Below, one piece after another: positions 27,316 to 35,201 of a stretch of 64,000 nt of DNA. Each line of letters starts with the position of its first letter. Positions within the stretch are counted from its first letter, which is position 1. The DNA comes from Acutalibacteraceae bacterium (GTDB lineage Bacteria > Bacillota > Clostridia > Oscillospirales > Acutalibacteraceae), in the NCBI GenBank assembly GCA_045546915.1, contig JAZQDU010000008.1, positions 34,291 through 98,290 on the forward strand, in the 5' to 3' direction. The notes beneath the pieces were generated by a model that was not told the origin of the DNA, did no database searches, and saw nothing but the letters and a program-made list of their open reading frames with translations. Both the position numbers and the translations under genes were made by a program.

Positions 27316-27763
27316 AAATAATCTCCTATGTAAATTACTGCTTCAATATTATACAATACATTTTAATTTTTGTCAAATGTTCGGTTTGCTTTAATGAATT
27401 GTGAAAATTTGTTAATTTTTTGCTTATCGTGAGAGATTAACATAATTTTTTATATGTATTATTAATATACGTTTAGTAATCCACGTTATCAACAAGGTTA
27501 TCCCCAACAAAGGCAAGGTTTTATGCGAAATAAAGGTCGAATTTTGCGATTGCTGTTTATATATTTGTGGAAAACCTTAATAACTTTTAAGGTTATTTAG
27601 TTTACATAATTTTGGAAATTGTATATTATTTAAACCAAAAATACAATTTGTATATGTGTTTATACTTGACAAATTTTTTTGTAATTTACTTAAAGTTGCA
27701 CCAACGTTGTATTAGGTCAGAGGGTTAATTGGAAGCTGCGTTTATTTTGATAAGGAGGTAATT

Positions 27764-29818
27764 ATGAGAAGAATCACAGTTACTGTTGGCCAACATGGTG
27801 ATGCTTGGGCTGATCAAAAGCAAAAACTGGGGTTTTCTGGCGAACATAATGCTGTTCAGATAGTTTTTTCTTTTAAAGACGAAGCATTTCTACACTTTTG
27901 CGGTGCCGAATATTATCGAGTGTCGATTGACGGAAATTACAGTGAAAAACTGTATTTACAAGATGGCGAAGTTAGTTATACAGTGCCTCAGTCGGTAATG
28001 AATTCACCCTCGGTAAACTGCCAACTTATAGGTTATATTGAGGAGGCAGGCTCTCTGTCGCTTATTGCCAAAAGTTCGGTTGTTGAACTTTTGGTTGATT
28101 TTTCTGAGACACCAAAATCGAAAATCGGGCAGGATAACGATGTTTTAGAAAATGCAATAGCCTTATGTAGTAATGCTGCCGAAAAGACCGCATTTGATGC
28201 TGAATTTGTATCACAAAGGACCGAGCAGGTGATAAATGTAGCTCATTCGGTAGAATCGAATGTGGCAAATGCACGTCAATACAGTGTGTCTGCAAAGGCT
28301 TCTGCTAACGAGGCTAAGGGTTGGGCAACTAAAGCGGAAACTTCTGCTACAGAGTCTTTGAGTTATTCGCTTGATGCAAGGCAAACAGCAGAGTCGTTAG
28401 GGGATGTTGCCGATTGTGTTTTTGCAAGAAAATCCGGTCAAGACATAATTATTGATGACATTTCACCTATACCTCATAATATAAAGGTCAAGTTGTCAGG
28501 TGAAAACAGATTGCTTGCAACTGTTTACAAAACCGGTAAAAATCTGCTTATTTATCCATATACTCAGGTGAATTACACATCAAACGGTATATCTTTCACT
28601 GCAAATACTGACGGTTCAGTTACTCTTAACGGACAAAACAATGGTGAAGGCGCAAGCATGTTCTACTTTTTTAAGAGCGGTAGTACAAATATTGTCACTT
28701 CACTTGACAGAGGTGTTTATATCGGCTCGATAAAGCCATCGATTTCAGGTGTTGCGATAGGTGCGGTAACAGAGTCGGATGTTAACATTAATTTCTCGAA
28801 TTGCAAAGCGCTTGTGGATGATACTATTTTTAAATCGTTGTATTTGGGTGTTGAGAGAAACAATCAAACTTATTTTGATAATGTGACGATATATCCCATG
28901 ATTGAGCGAGGCTTTAACCCTACTGCTTATGAGCCTTATGTTGTGCCACAAAGTTTTCAACCGGATGAAAATGGTAATATTGAGGTGCCGAGCCTTTGTC
29001 CTACAACAAGGTTACATGTTAAGATAAATGGTGTGAATATTGAGGCTTACTATCATCGTAAGACGAATAAGGTGTTAGAAGAACTTGTGCTCAAAGGCGT
29101 TGCGTCGGGTAATAACGTGCTGCTTACCGATATTGCCGAGACCGAGCATGATATTAAGGTTACTTTGTCGGGTGATGGTTGTGACACTGCTACGCTTTAT
29201 CAAAGCGGTAAAAATTTGTTTGATGCTTCGGTAGTGAAAAATTATAACAATAAAGGAATCAAGGTAGATTATATTCCAAAATCCGATTGCTTTGTGATAA
29301 ACGGTATTTCAACCGGTGAGGATTATACAAGATATGAGATTAATATACCCTACAAATCAGGTAAAACGTATTTTGCTACTGCTGAGGTTTTAGGGGGTTC
29401 TGTATATGTTCCTACAGGTAAGAATTCGTATTGCATGTTCGGTAATGAAAAGAATAACAGTTTAAAAAATCTAATTAATCTGTCGTTAAGAAATTCAACT
29501 AAAACTGCGAGTGCAACCATAACCGACCACGTTCTTAATCGAGTTTGGTTTTATATTGGAGCAGGCGTTGAGTTTAAGAATTATATTGTTCGTATCCAAC
29601 TTGAAGAGGATACTGCTACTGAACATCAAAAGTATATAGAACCCATTGCAATTAATCCTAATTCAGACGGCAGTTTTACAGTTCCGAGTTTATATCCTGC
29701 AACCAAACTTTATACCGACAAAGAAGATGTCGTTATAACAGCGGAGTACAATCGAGATTTAAGTAAGGTTATAGGAAATCTTACAAACGCAATAATTTCA
29801 TTGGGAGGTAATGTATAA
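27764..29818 (+). CDS. Phage tail fibre / receptor-binding protein with two tandem homologous C-terminal modules
   Basis: The N-terminus resembles baseplate-upper-protein types. An Ala/Ser-rich coiled segment (..ASANEAKGWATKAETSATES..) follows. Then come duplicated ~220-aa modules. Confidence 0.65.
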   Translation: MRRITVTVGQHGDAWADQKQKLGFSGEHNAVQIVFSFKDEAFLHFCGAEYYRVSIDGNYSEKLYLQDGEVSYTVPQSVMNSPSVNCQLIGYIEEAGSLSLIAKSSVVELLVDFSETPKSKIGQDNDVLENAIALCSNAAEKTAFDAEFVSQRTEQVINVAHSVESNVANARQYSVSAKASANEAKGWATKAETSATESLSYSLDARQTAESLGDVADCVFARKSGQDIIIDDISPIPHNIKVKLSGENRLLATVYKTGKNLLIYPYTQVNYTSNGISFTANTDGSVTLNGQNNGEGASMFYFFKSGSTNIVTSLDRGVYIGSIKPSISGVAIGAVTESDVNINFSNCKALVDDTIFKSLYLGVERNNQTYFDNVTIYPMIERGFNPTAYEPYVVPQSFQPDENGNIEVPSLCPTTRLHVKINGVNIEAYYHRKTNKVLEELVLKGVASGNNVLLTDIAETEHDIKVTLSGDGCDTATLYQSGKNLFDASVVKNYNNKGIKVDYIPKSDCFVINGISTGEDYTRYEINIPYKSGKTYFATAEVLGGSVYVPTGKNSYCMFGNEKNNSLKNLINLSLRNSTKTASATITDHVLNRVWFYIGAGVEFKNYIVRIQLEEDTATEHQKYIEPIAINPNSDGSFTVPSLYPATKLYTDKEDVVITAEYNRDLSKVIGNLTNAIISLGGNV

Positions 29819-30006
29819 TGTTTGTTCTCGCACAGTTTGTTAAAAAAGGTCTTTTAGATGCTGTTGGTAAAATGGCAGATTATCAGGTTATTCTTAATTC
29901 GGTGGGTTGGTTTGAAAAGGGAGTGCTTACCGAAGGTGACCTCAGGGATATTGAGACCGCTATTGACAATACAAAAACCGCAGATATAGAAGTTACGGAG
30001 GCATAG
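29818..30006 (+). CDS. XkdX-like small phage protein
   Basis: 62 aa, positioned directly after the tail fibre (start overlaps its stop). It contains ..W...G.LTEGDL..I.., as in XkdX-family proteins. Confidence 0.45.
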   Translation: MFVLAQFVKKGLLDAVGKMADYQVILNSVGWFEKGVLTEGDLRDIETAIDNTKTADIEVTEA

Positions 30007-30007
30007 T

Positions 30008-30295
30008 ATGTCGGTGGCGTTAATATCCGCCGCATCGTCTGTTGTTGTGGGAATTCTTTCTCTAATAGGCGTAGTTATTACCAATAAACAGTCCCATCAA
30101 AAGGTTGCTCATAAACTTGAAACAGCACAGGCTGTAACCGATACAAAACTTGAGGAACTCACAAGAGAGGTAAGAGCCCACAACGATTTTGCTTTAAGGA
30201 TACCTGCCATAAAGGAGCAGGTATCCTTTTTAAGGGAAGATATCAAAGCGGCAAACAATCGCATACAAACACTTGAAATGTACCACCGACAGTAA
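30008..30295 (+). CDS. Phage membrane-anchored coiled-coil protein (XhlA-like lysis accessory)
   Basis: N-terminal TM helix followed by a heptad-like coiled coil. It sits between the tail fibre and the endolysin. Confidence 0.4.
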   Translation: MSVALISAASSVVVGILSLIGVVITNKQSHQKVAHKLETAQAVTDTKLEELTREVRAHNDFALRIPAIKEQVSFLREDIKAANNRIQTLEMYHRQ

Positions 30296-30306
30296 GGGGG
30301 AAATTA

Positions 30307-31047
30307 ATGATAAAACAGTATGAAAAAGGAAAAGCAAAGTCTGTTTCAACCAATTTTAATTCCAAAGAGTTCGATTGCCACGGCAAAAATTGTTGCGATG
30401 TAACCTTAATTGATGAAAGTTTGGTGACAAATCTACAAAAAATCCGTGACCACTTTGGTGCTGCGGTAGTTATAAATTCAGGATACCGTTGTAAAAAACA
30501 CAATAAGTCGGTGGGCGGGGCGTCTAAATCCAAACATCTTGATGGCATGGCAGCCGATATCACCGTTAAAGGAATAAAACCCATTGAGGTAGCACAATTT
30601 TGTGAAAGTATAGGTATTAAAGGTATCGGTCTTTACGGTTGGGGTTGCCATATTGATACAAGAACAAAAAAAGGTTTTTGGGAGTCGGACAAGCAGATTA
30701 AAGTTGCAACCTTTATAGAAAACGAGGGGGTTGTTTCGGTACACGAGTGGAAAAATGCTGCCGAAAAAGACGGGTTTTCATTTGGCAATTCTGTAAGTGA
30801 TAATTGGGATGACAAATGCGAAATTGTAGCAAAAAAAGCGGTGTGCAAAAGAAGAATAGGCATCTATAAGTACAAAAACCTCACTAAAACTGTGCAGATG
30901 GCAGTAGGTATTAAAGGTGACGCTGTAGACGGAAAATTTGGTAAAGAGACAAAGTGCGCAGTGCAAAAATGGCAGAGTTTAAAAGGACTCGAACCGGATG
31001 GTATCGTAGGTCTTAAAACATGGAAAAGGATTTTAGGGGTAAAGTGA
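30307..31047 (+). CDS. Endolysin: zinc peptidase M15 (LAS-type D-Ala-D-Ala carboxypeptidase fold) with a C-terminal peptidoglycan-binding domain
   Basis: SGYRCKKHNKSVGGASKSKHLDGMAADI ... GCHIDTR. C-terminus GKFGKETKCAVQKWQSLKGLEPDGIVGLKTW matches the PG_binding_1 pattern. Confidence 0.8.
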   Translation: MIKQYEKGKAKSVSTNFNSKEFDCHGKNCCDVTLIDESLVTNLQKIRDHFGAAVVINSGYRCKKHNKSVGGASKSKHLDGMAADITVKGIKPIEVAQFCESIGIKGIGLYGWGCHIDTRTKKGFWESDKQIKVATFIENEGVVSVHEWKNAAEKDGFSFGNSVSDNWDDKCEIVAKKAVCKRRIGIYKYKNLTKTVQMAVGIKGDAVDGKFGKETKCAVQKWQSLKGLEPDGIVGLKTWKRILGVK

Positions 31048-31238
31048 TGAAAAAACTTTTAAGCCGATTCAAGTCGTGGGCGGTATGGATGTCAATAGGC
31101 GCGCTTGTAGTGTTTTGTGCTAAGGAATTTGCAGGTGTTGATATCAAAGATTCGGTCGACGGTTTTCTCAATGTGCTCTTGCCGTTGCTTGTGGCGTTTG
31201 GCATTGTGAATAATCCTACCGATAAAAACCATTTTTAA
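31047..31238 (+). CDS. Phage holin
   Basis: The ATG at 31047 overlaps the endolysin stop (ATGA). 63 aa with two TM helices and a polar NNPTDKNHF tail. Confidence 0.65.
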   Translation: MKKLLSRFKSWAVWMSIGALVVFCAKEFAGVDIKDSVDGFLNVLLPLLVAFGIVNNPTDKNHF

Positions 31239-31244
31239 ATTAAA

Positions 31245-31281
31245 GGGGGTGTAATTTTTATAAAAGTTACACTCCTTTTTG
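31245..31281 (+). terminator. Intrinsic terminator
   Basis: GGGGGTGTAA / TTACACTCC stem followed by TTTTT. Confidence 0.7.
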
Positions 31282-31433
31282 TATCAGAAAAGGCAAGTGA
31301 CTTTTCTGACGCATGATAAGGTAAATATTTTTAAAAAGGTGTTGACAACTGCTTGTAATTGTGTTAATATTTTAGGGCGCTCAATGAACTGTGAAGGCTG
31401 AGCGAAGTATAACATACGGCTTCTGCCAAAAAT

Positions 31434-31522
31434 GGAGAGGTATCGAAGTGGTCATAACGAGGCGGTCTTGAAAACCGTTTGGGGGCAACCCCACAAGGGT
31501 TCGAATCCCTTCCTCTCCGCCA
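31434..31522 (+). tRNA. tRNA-Ser (anticodon UGA)
   Basis: GGAGAGG acceptor stem pairs with CCTCTCC. Anticodon loop is CTTGAAA. It has a long variable arm, a GGTTCGAATCC T-arm and an encoded CCA. Confidence 0.9.
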
Positions 31523-31572
31523 TTGTTATTTACAGCTTTGCTGTTTAAATAAAGTAAAAATTAAGGCAACAT

Positions 31573-31663
31573 GGAGTAGTACTCAAGTTGGTGAAGAGGC
31601 GCCCCTGCTAAGGGCGTAGGTCGGGTAACCGGCGCAAGAGTTCAAGTCTCTTCTACTCCGCCA
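31573..31663 (+). tRNA. tRNA-Ser (anticodon GCU)
   Basis: GGAGTAG acceptor stem pairs with CTACTCC. Anticodon loop is CTGCTAA. It has a long variable arm, an AGTTCAAGTCT T-arm and an encoded CCA. Confidence 0.9.
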
Positions 31664-31671
31664 AAACAAGA

Positions 31672-31697
31672 AAGCACCCAAAAGGGTGCTTTTTTGT
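31672..31697 (+). terminator. Intrinsic terminator after the tRNA pair
   Basis: AGCACCC / GGGTGCT stem followed by TTTTTT. Confidence 0.8.
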
Positions 31698-31743
31698 TTT
31701 AGTTTTAAATGTTTTAGAACTCTTGCGCCGGTCGGTGCAGGCG

Positions 31744-31804
31744 TTGAACACGACCGGCGCCTGTGGTGGAAAAGGGGACAATCACAGAACCGTCCCCTGA
31801 TTGT
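31744..31804. repeat. 61-bp direct repeat, copy A
   Basis: TTGAACACGACCGGCGCCTGTGGTGGAAAAGGGGACAATCACAGAACCGTCCCCTGATTGT is identical to 32356-32416. It contains an internal AGGGGAC...GTCCCCT hairpin. Confidence 0.95.
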
Positions 31805-31815
31805 TCTATAATACC

Positions 31816-32277
31816 TTATAATTTCATTGCCATTTCAGATACTGTATTCCATCTTGTATAATCACTTTGAATTTGCTCATATGTTTTTCCAGAGATAGAA
31901 CACCTGTTCAATGATAATTTCAAATTAAACAAGTCCACCATCTTTCTGAACTCGTTTTTTCGGAAGCGATCATTCATAAATATCTCACATTTACACAACA
32001 AGTCATCCGCAAATCTCTCAAGAATAACAGCTGCAGCACCATACATATCGTCACTATTCGTGCTATACAGCGCAATTTCAAATAGAGAATCGAAACTTGG
32101 AAGAGGATCTTTATAAAATCCATTTTCTTTTCCCCAGCCAAAGTCGTATAAAGATGCTTTTATCCAAATTGAATTGTCATTTGGATTAATTGCCGTATTC
32201 TTATCTTTTAATATAAACCCAAAATCAGAAGCGTTGCATTTATTAAATCTCATGCTCATAACAAAATAGTTACCCAT
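31816..32277 (-). CDS. Hypothetical protein (possible orphan immunity-type gene), flanked by the 61-bp repeats
   Basis: AGGAGG at 32285-32290 lies 7 nt before the ATG at 32277. 153 aa, AT-rich. The longer ORF-track version (to 32397) reads through the repeat. Confidence 0.55.
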   Translation of the reverse strand: MGNYFVMSMRFNKCNASDFGFILKDKNTAINPNDNSIWIKASLYDFGWGKENGFYKDPLPSFDSLFEIALYSTNSDDMYGAAAVILERFADDLLCKCEIFMNDRFRKNEFRKMVDLFNLKLSLNRCSISGKTYEQIQSDYTRWNTVSEMAMKL

Positions 32278-32329
32278 CTTCATTCCTCCTATGGCATAAT
32301 TTGTATTAATCCACTTTGTGAAACAAAGG

Positions 32330-32354
32330 CAATCAGGGGACGGTTCTATGATTG
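32330..32354. repeat. 25-bp inverted repeat, left arm
   Basis: CAATCAGGGGACGGTTCTATGATTG is the exact reverse complement of 32567-32591. It differs by 1 mismatch from the 3' parts of the 61-bp repeats. Confidence 0.95.
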
Positions 32355-32569
32355 ATTGAACACGACCGGCGCCTGTGGTGGAAAAGGGGACAATCACAGA
32401 ACCGTCCCCTGATTGTCTTATTATAACCTGTTACGTCTTGCCCTGTAGAAACATAACCATCTGCATTAATCCACCGACCGATCTCAGGATCGTAATAACG
32501 GCTGGATACATAATAGAGACCAGTCTCAATATCGTAAACATACCCGCGATAACGTAAAGGATTTGTCAA
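32333..32569 (-). pseudogene. RHS repeat-associated core fragment (orphan; no upstream RHS body and no toxin domain)
   Basis: The translation [37 protein letters not shown] matches the conserved RHS/YD core end. A stop lies immediately upstream, there is no ATG, and the 3' ~90 nt are repeat sequence. Confidence 0.7.
32356..32416. repeat. 61-bp direct repeat, copy B
   Basis: Identical to 31744-31804. Confidence 0.95.
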
Positions 32570-32591
32570 TCATAGAACCGTCCCCTGATTG
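32567..32591. repeat. 25-bp inverted repeat, right arm
   Basis: CAATCATAGAACCGTCCCCTGATTG. It is followed by TTCAGGCGTAGAACACGACCG, which resembles the sequence preceding and starting copy A, giving an end-to-start junction. Confidence 0.9.
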
Positions 32592-32657
32592 TTCAGGCGT
32601 AGAACACGACCGCAAGAGAAAAAGTTACTTTTATCTTGCGACAAAGAGGAACATTCT

Positions 32658-34025
32658 TTACTGAGATTTTTTAACCGATAGTTTTTTTAATTTGTGCTTC
32701 ATCATAAAATAATCTATCGCAATCGGTATCAGTCCCATAAGCCACGCGACTGGGTTTGAAAACGCAACGCCCGTAAAACCAAATATTGGTGCAAACGTAA
32801 GTGCCGTGCTCGCACGACCTATTATCTCGGTAAAGCCTGAAATAATAGGCATTGTTGCACGTGACAGTGCCTGCAGAGAGTTTTTTATTACAATTAGCGG
32901 AGTAAGAATTACCGAAAGAATAGTGTTTACAACAATGTAAATATATCCGTTGTTTATAATTGTATCAAATTCCGCCTTGCTTATGCCTTCGGACTTTACA
33001 ACAAGATTTAGAGCAAACTTGCCTGCAAATATCATCAGCACCGAAGCAATACCTACCCATATAAGCGACATAATTATCGCGCGTCTGATGCCTTTTATAA
33101 TTCTGCCGTATTCCTTTGCGCCATGGTTTTGTGCAACGAATACCGCAGTAGCAGAGCCTATTGACAAAAGCGGTTGGATAACAAACTGCTCAATCTTGCC
33201 CGCGGCAGTATACGCTGCAACGGCAAGGGTGTTAAGCCCGTTGTAAACAAACGTTGTAATAACACCGCTAATTGAAATCACCATATTTAAAAATGCCATT
33301 GGTATACCTGTTTTCAAAAGCTCTGTTGAAACGCCTTTTTCAAGTCTTAAATCACATTTTTTAAAGTGTAAAAGCGGTTGGCGTTTAACGATATATACTA
33401 TACAGCAAGTGGCAGATATAAACTGTGCAATAACCGTTGCAATACCTGCGCCTTTGGTACCCATATTGCCAAGGATAATAAAGCAAAAATCAAGAATTAT
33501 ATTGATAATACACGCGATAGTCAAAAAACACAGCGGTGTTTTTGAGTCGCCCAGAGCCCTTATCATATTAGATAAAAGGTTAAAAAGCATCGTTGCAAAA
33601 AGACCTGCAAATATCCATATAATATAGTTGTACGACATATCTATTATGTCGGCAGGAGTGTTCATAAGCTTTAAAATCGGCATCGCAAAAACACAGCAAA
33701 ACGTGGTTAAAATCAGAGATATGGCAGTGCCCAGCACAATGCTGTTTGCGAACGCGCGTTTTACAGCGGCTTCGTCTTTTGCACCAAATTTTTGTGCGAC
33801 CACCGCCGAAAAGCCGGTTGTAAGCGATTGAAGTATGCCGTGTGCAAAAAAAACCAGACTGCTTGTTGCGCCAACCGCCGCAAGTGCCCTTACGCCAAGA
33901 ATTTGTCCTACGATTACGGTGTCTGCAATATTATAAAACAGCTGAAAGAGATTGCCAATAAGATACGGCACTGCAAAGCTGAGTATGAGCTTTGTAGGTG
34001 AGCCTTTCGAAAAATCGGTTGTCAT
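32658..34025 (-). CDS. MATE family efflux transporter
   Basis: 12-TM protein with N-terminus ..LILSFAVPYLIGNLFQLFYNIADTVIVGQ... GAGGTG RBS before the ATG at 34025. Confidence 0.85.
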   Translation of the reverse strand: MTTDFSKGSPTKLILSFAVPYLIGNLFQLFYNIADTVIVGQILGVRALAAVGATSSLVFFAHGILQSLTTGFSAVVAQKFGAKDEAAVKRAFANSIVLGTAISLILTTFCCVFAMPILKLMNTPADIIDMSYNYIIWIFAGLFATMLFNLLSNMIRALGDSKTPLCFLTIACIINIILDFCFIILGNMGTKGAGIATVIAQFISATCCIVYIVKRQPLLHFKKCDLRLEKGVSTELLKTGIPMAFLNMVISISGVITTFVYNGLNTLAVAAYTAAGKIEQFVIQPLLSIGSATAVFVAQNHGAKEYGRIIKGIRRAIIMSLIWVGIASVLMIFAGKFALNLVVKSEGISKAEFDTIINNGYIYIVVNTILSVILTPLIVIKNSLQALSRATMPIISGFTEIIGRASTALTFAPIFGFTGVAFSNPVAWLMGLIPIAIDYFMMKHKLKKLSVKKSQ

Positions 34026-34261
34026 AAATTCACCTCTCAAAAAAATATATCATTTTAAAATACTAAATTCAATACCTGAAATAAATTTTCTTGTAATACA
34101 AAACAAAATATAAAGTGCTTTTTTGTTTTGTCGTATATGTATTTTTATAGAACGCTTGAGTTAATTAGTTGTGTTCAATACACTTGATTAATCGACAAAA
34201 AAGTGTTATTATTGATTAAGCTGATTGTTTTCTTTTATAATTACAATAAGGGAGCGAGATT

Positions 34262-35182
34262 ATGGCAATTTTGCGTTTTTTTGAAGGCATACGCAATCCA
34301 TTTTTAGATGCATTTTTTTCAGTTGTAACTAAATTCGGTGAAGAAACTCTTTTTATTCTTTTAGGGCTATTGTTCTTCTGGTGTATTAATAAAAAACAAG
34401 GTTACTATATTTTGTTTATTGGCTTTTTGGGTACAGTTGTAAACCAGTTCTTAAAACTATGGTTTAGAATCCCGCGCCCTTGGGTTAAAGACGAAACTTT
34501 TACAATTGTCGAGTCGGCAAGAGCAGAGGCAACAGGTTATTCTTTTCCAAGCGGACACACGCAGATGGCAGTTGGCAATTTTGGTGCGGTGGCAAGGGTA
34601 AGGGGCGAAAAATGGCTTAGAATAATTTGTATTATTCTTTGCGTTTTAGTGCCGATTTCAAGAATGTATTTGGGTGTTCACACACCTGCTGACGTGCTTG
34701 TATCGTTTGTTATAGCCACTGTGTTGGTGCTTTTGCTTTATCCTGTTATAGGTTGGGCTATGAGTAAAAAACTTAATATGAGAGTTTTCTTAAGTGTTTT
34801 GACAGCCTTTATAGTTGGATATATTCTGTTTGTTGAACTTTATAATTTCCCCGCTGATATTGATGTTCACAATTTCGAAAGCGGTGTGCAAAACGGTTAT
34901 AAAATGCTGGGTTGTATTTTGGCAATGTGGCTTTCATACGAGGTTGACGAGTCTTATACTCATTTTAGCACAAGCGGTTCATTTTTAGTGCAGGTCTTAA
35001 AATTGTGTTTGGGATTGTTACCGGTGCTTGCCATAAAAGCACTCTTAAAACAACCTCTTTACGACCTTTGCGGCGGAATGTTCTTTGCTGACGGAATCCG
35101 TTACTTCCTTGTTGCGGGTTTTGCAGGTACTGTTTGGCCTATGACGTTTAAATGGTTTGCAAAAATAGGCTCTAAAGTGTAG
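34262..35182 (+). CDS. PAP2-family membrane phosphatase
   Basis: Motifs KLWFRIPRP, SFPSGHT and SRMYLGVHTPADV (the three acid-phosphatase motifs), with extra C-terminal TM helices. Confidence 0.8.
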   Translation: MAILRFFEGIRNPFLDAFFSVVTKFGEETLFILLGLLFFWCINKKQGYYILFIGFLGTVVNQFLKLWFRIPRPWVKDETFTIVESARAEATGYSFPSGHTQMAVGNFGAVARVRGEKWLRIICIILCVLVPISRMYLGVHTPADVLVSFVIATVLVLLLYPVIGWAMSKKLNMRVFLSVLTAFIVGYILFVELYNFPADIDVHNFESGVQNGYKMLGCILAMWLSYEVDESYTHFSTSGSFLVQVLKLCLGLLPVLAIKALLKQPLYDLCGGMFFADGIRYFLVAGFAGTVWPMTFKWFAKIGSKV

Positions 35183-35201
35183 ATTTGTCGGAGGAAAACA
35201 G

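Larger units (their letters stand above)
27764..31238 (+). mobile_element. Prophage remnant: tail fibre plus lysis cassette only
   Basis: Five co-oriented, tightly packed phage-type genes: tail fibre, XkdX-like, TM coiled-coil, M15 endolysin and holin. No structural, replication or integrase genes are adjacent. It abuts two tRNA-Ser genes. Confidence 0.75.

Noticed and set aside
26960-27394. 144-aa plus-strand ORF overlapping the Ser/Thr-rich lipoprotein gene
   Set aside because: It is a mirror-image low-complexity ORF. The minus-strand frame has an AGGAG RBS, a signal peptide and a lipobox, while the plus-strand frame starts inside a terminator.
27316-27763. AT-rich 450-bp gap before the tail-fibre gene, examined for an att site, small RNA or repressor gene
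   Set aside because: It contains only a weak promoter-like TTGACA (27666) with a poor -10 and a short AAATTGTAT/ATACAATTT hairpin. An 11-nt match to 32320-32330 is at chance level.
31816-32397. Long (193-aa) version of the orphan gene, and the plus-strand ORF at 32375-32557
   Set aside because: The first 40 codons of the long version are encoded by the 61-bp repeat and inverted-repeat arm. An AGGAGG-N7-ATG start exists at 32277. The plus-strand ORF is antisense to the RHS-core fragment and repeat.
31744-32416. Repeats considered as integron attC sites (GTTGAAC core, single promoterless-looking ORF between repeats)
   Set aside because: Only copy A has a GTTRRRY-like core. The palindrome arms do not show the RYYYAAC/GTTRRRY pair. 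The ORF is oriented opposite to what that core would imply, and there is no intI or attI in the window. It is kept only as a remote possibility within the repeat finding.
31744-32612. Repeats considered as a CRISPR array
   Set aside because: There are only two full copies plus partial or inverted pieces. Spacings are irregular (551 and ~150-210 bp), one spacer is a gene, and no cas genes are present.
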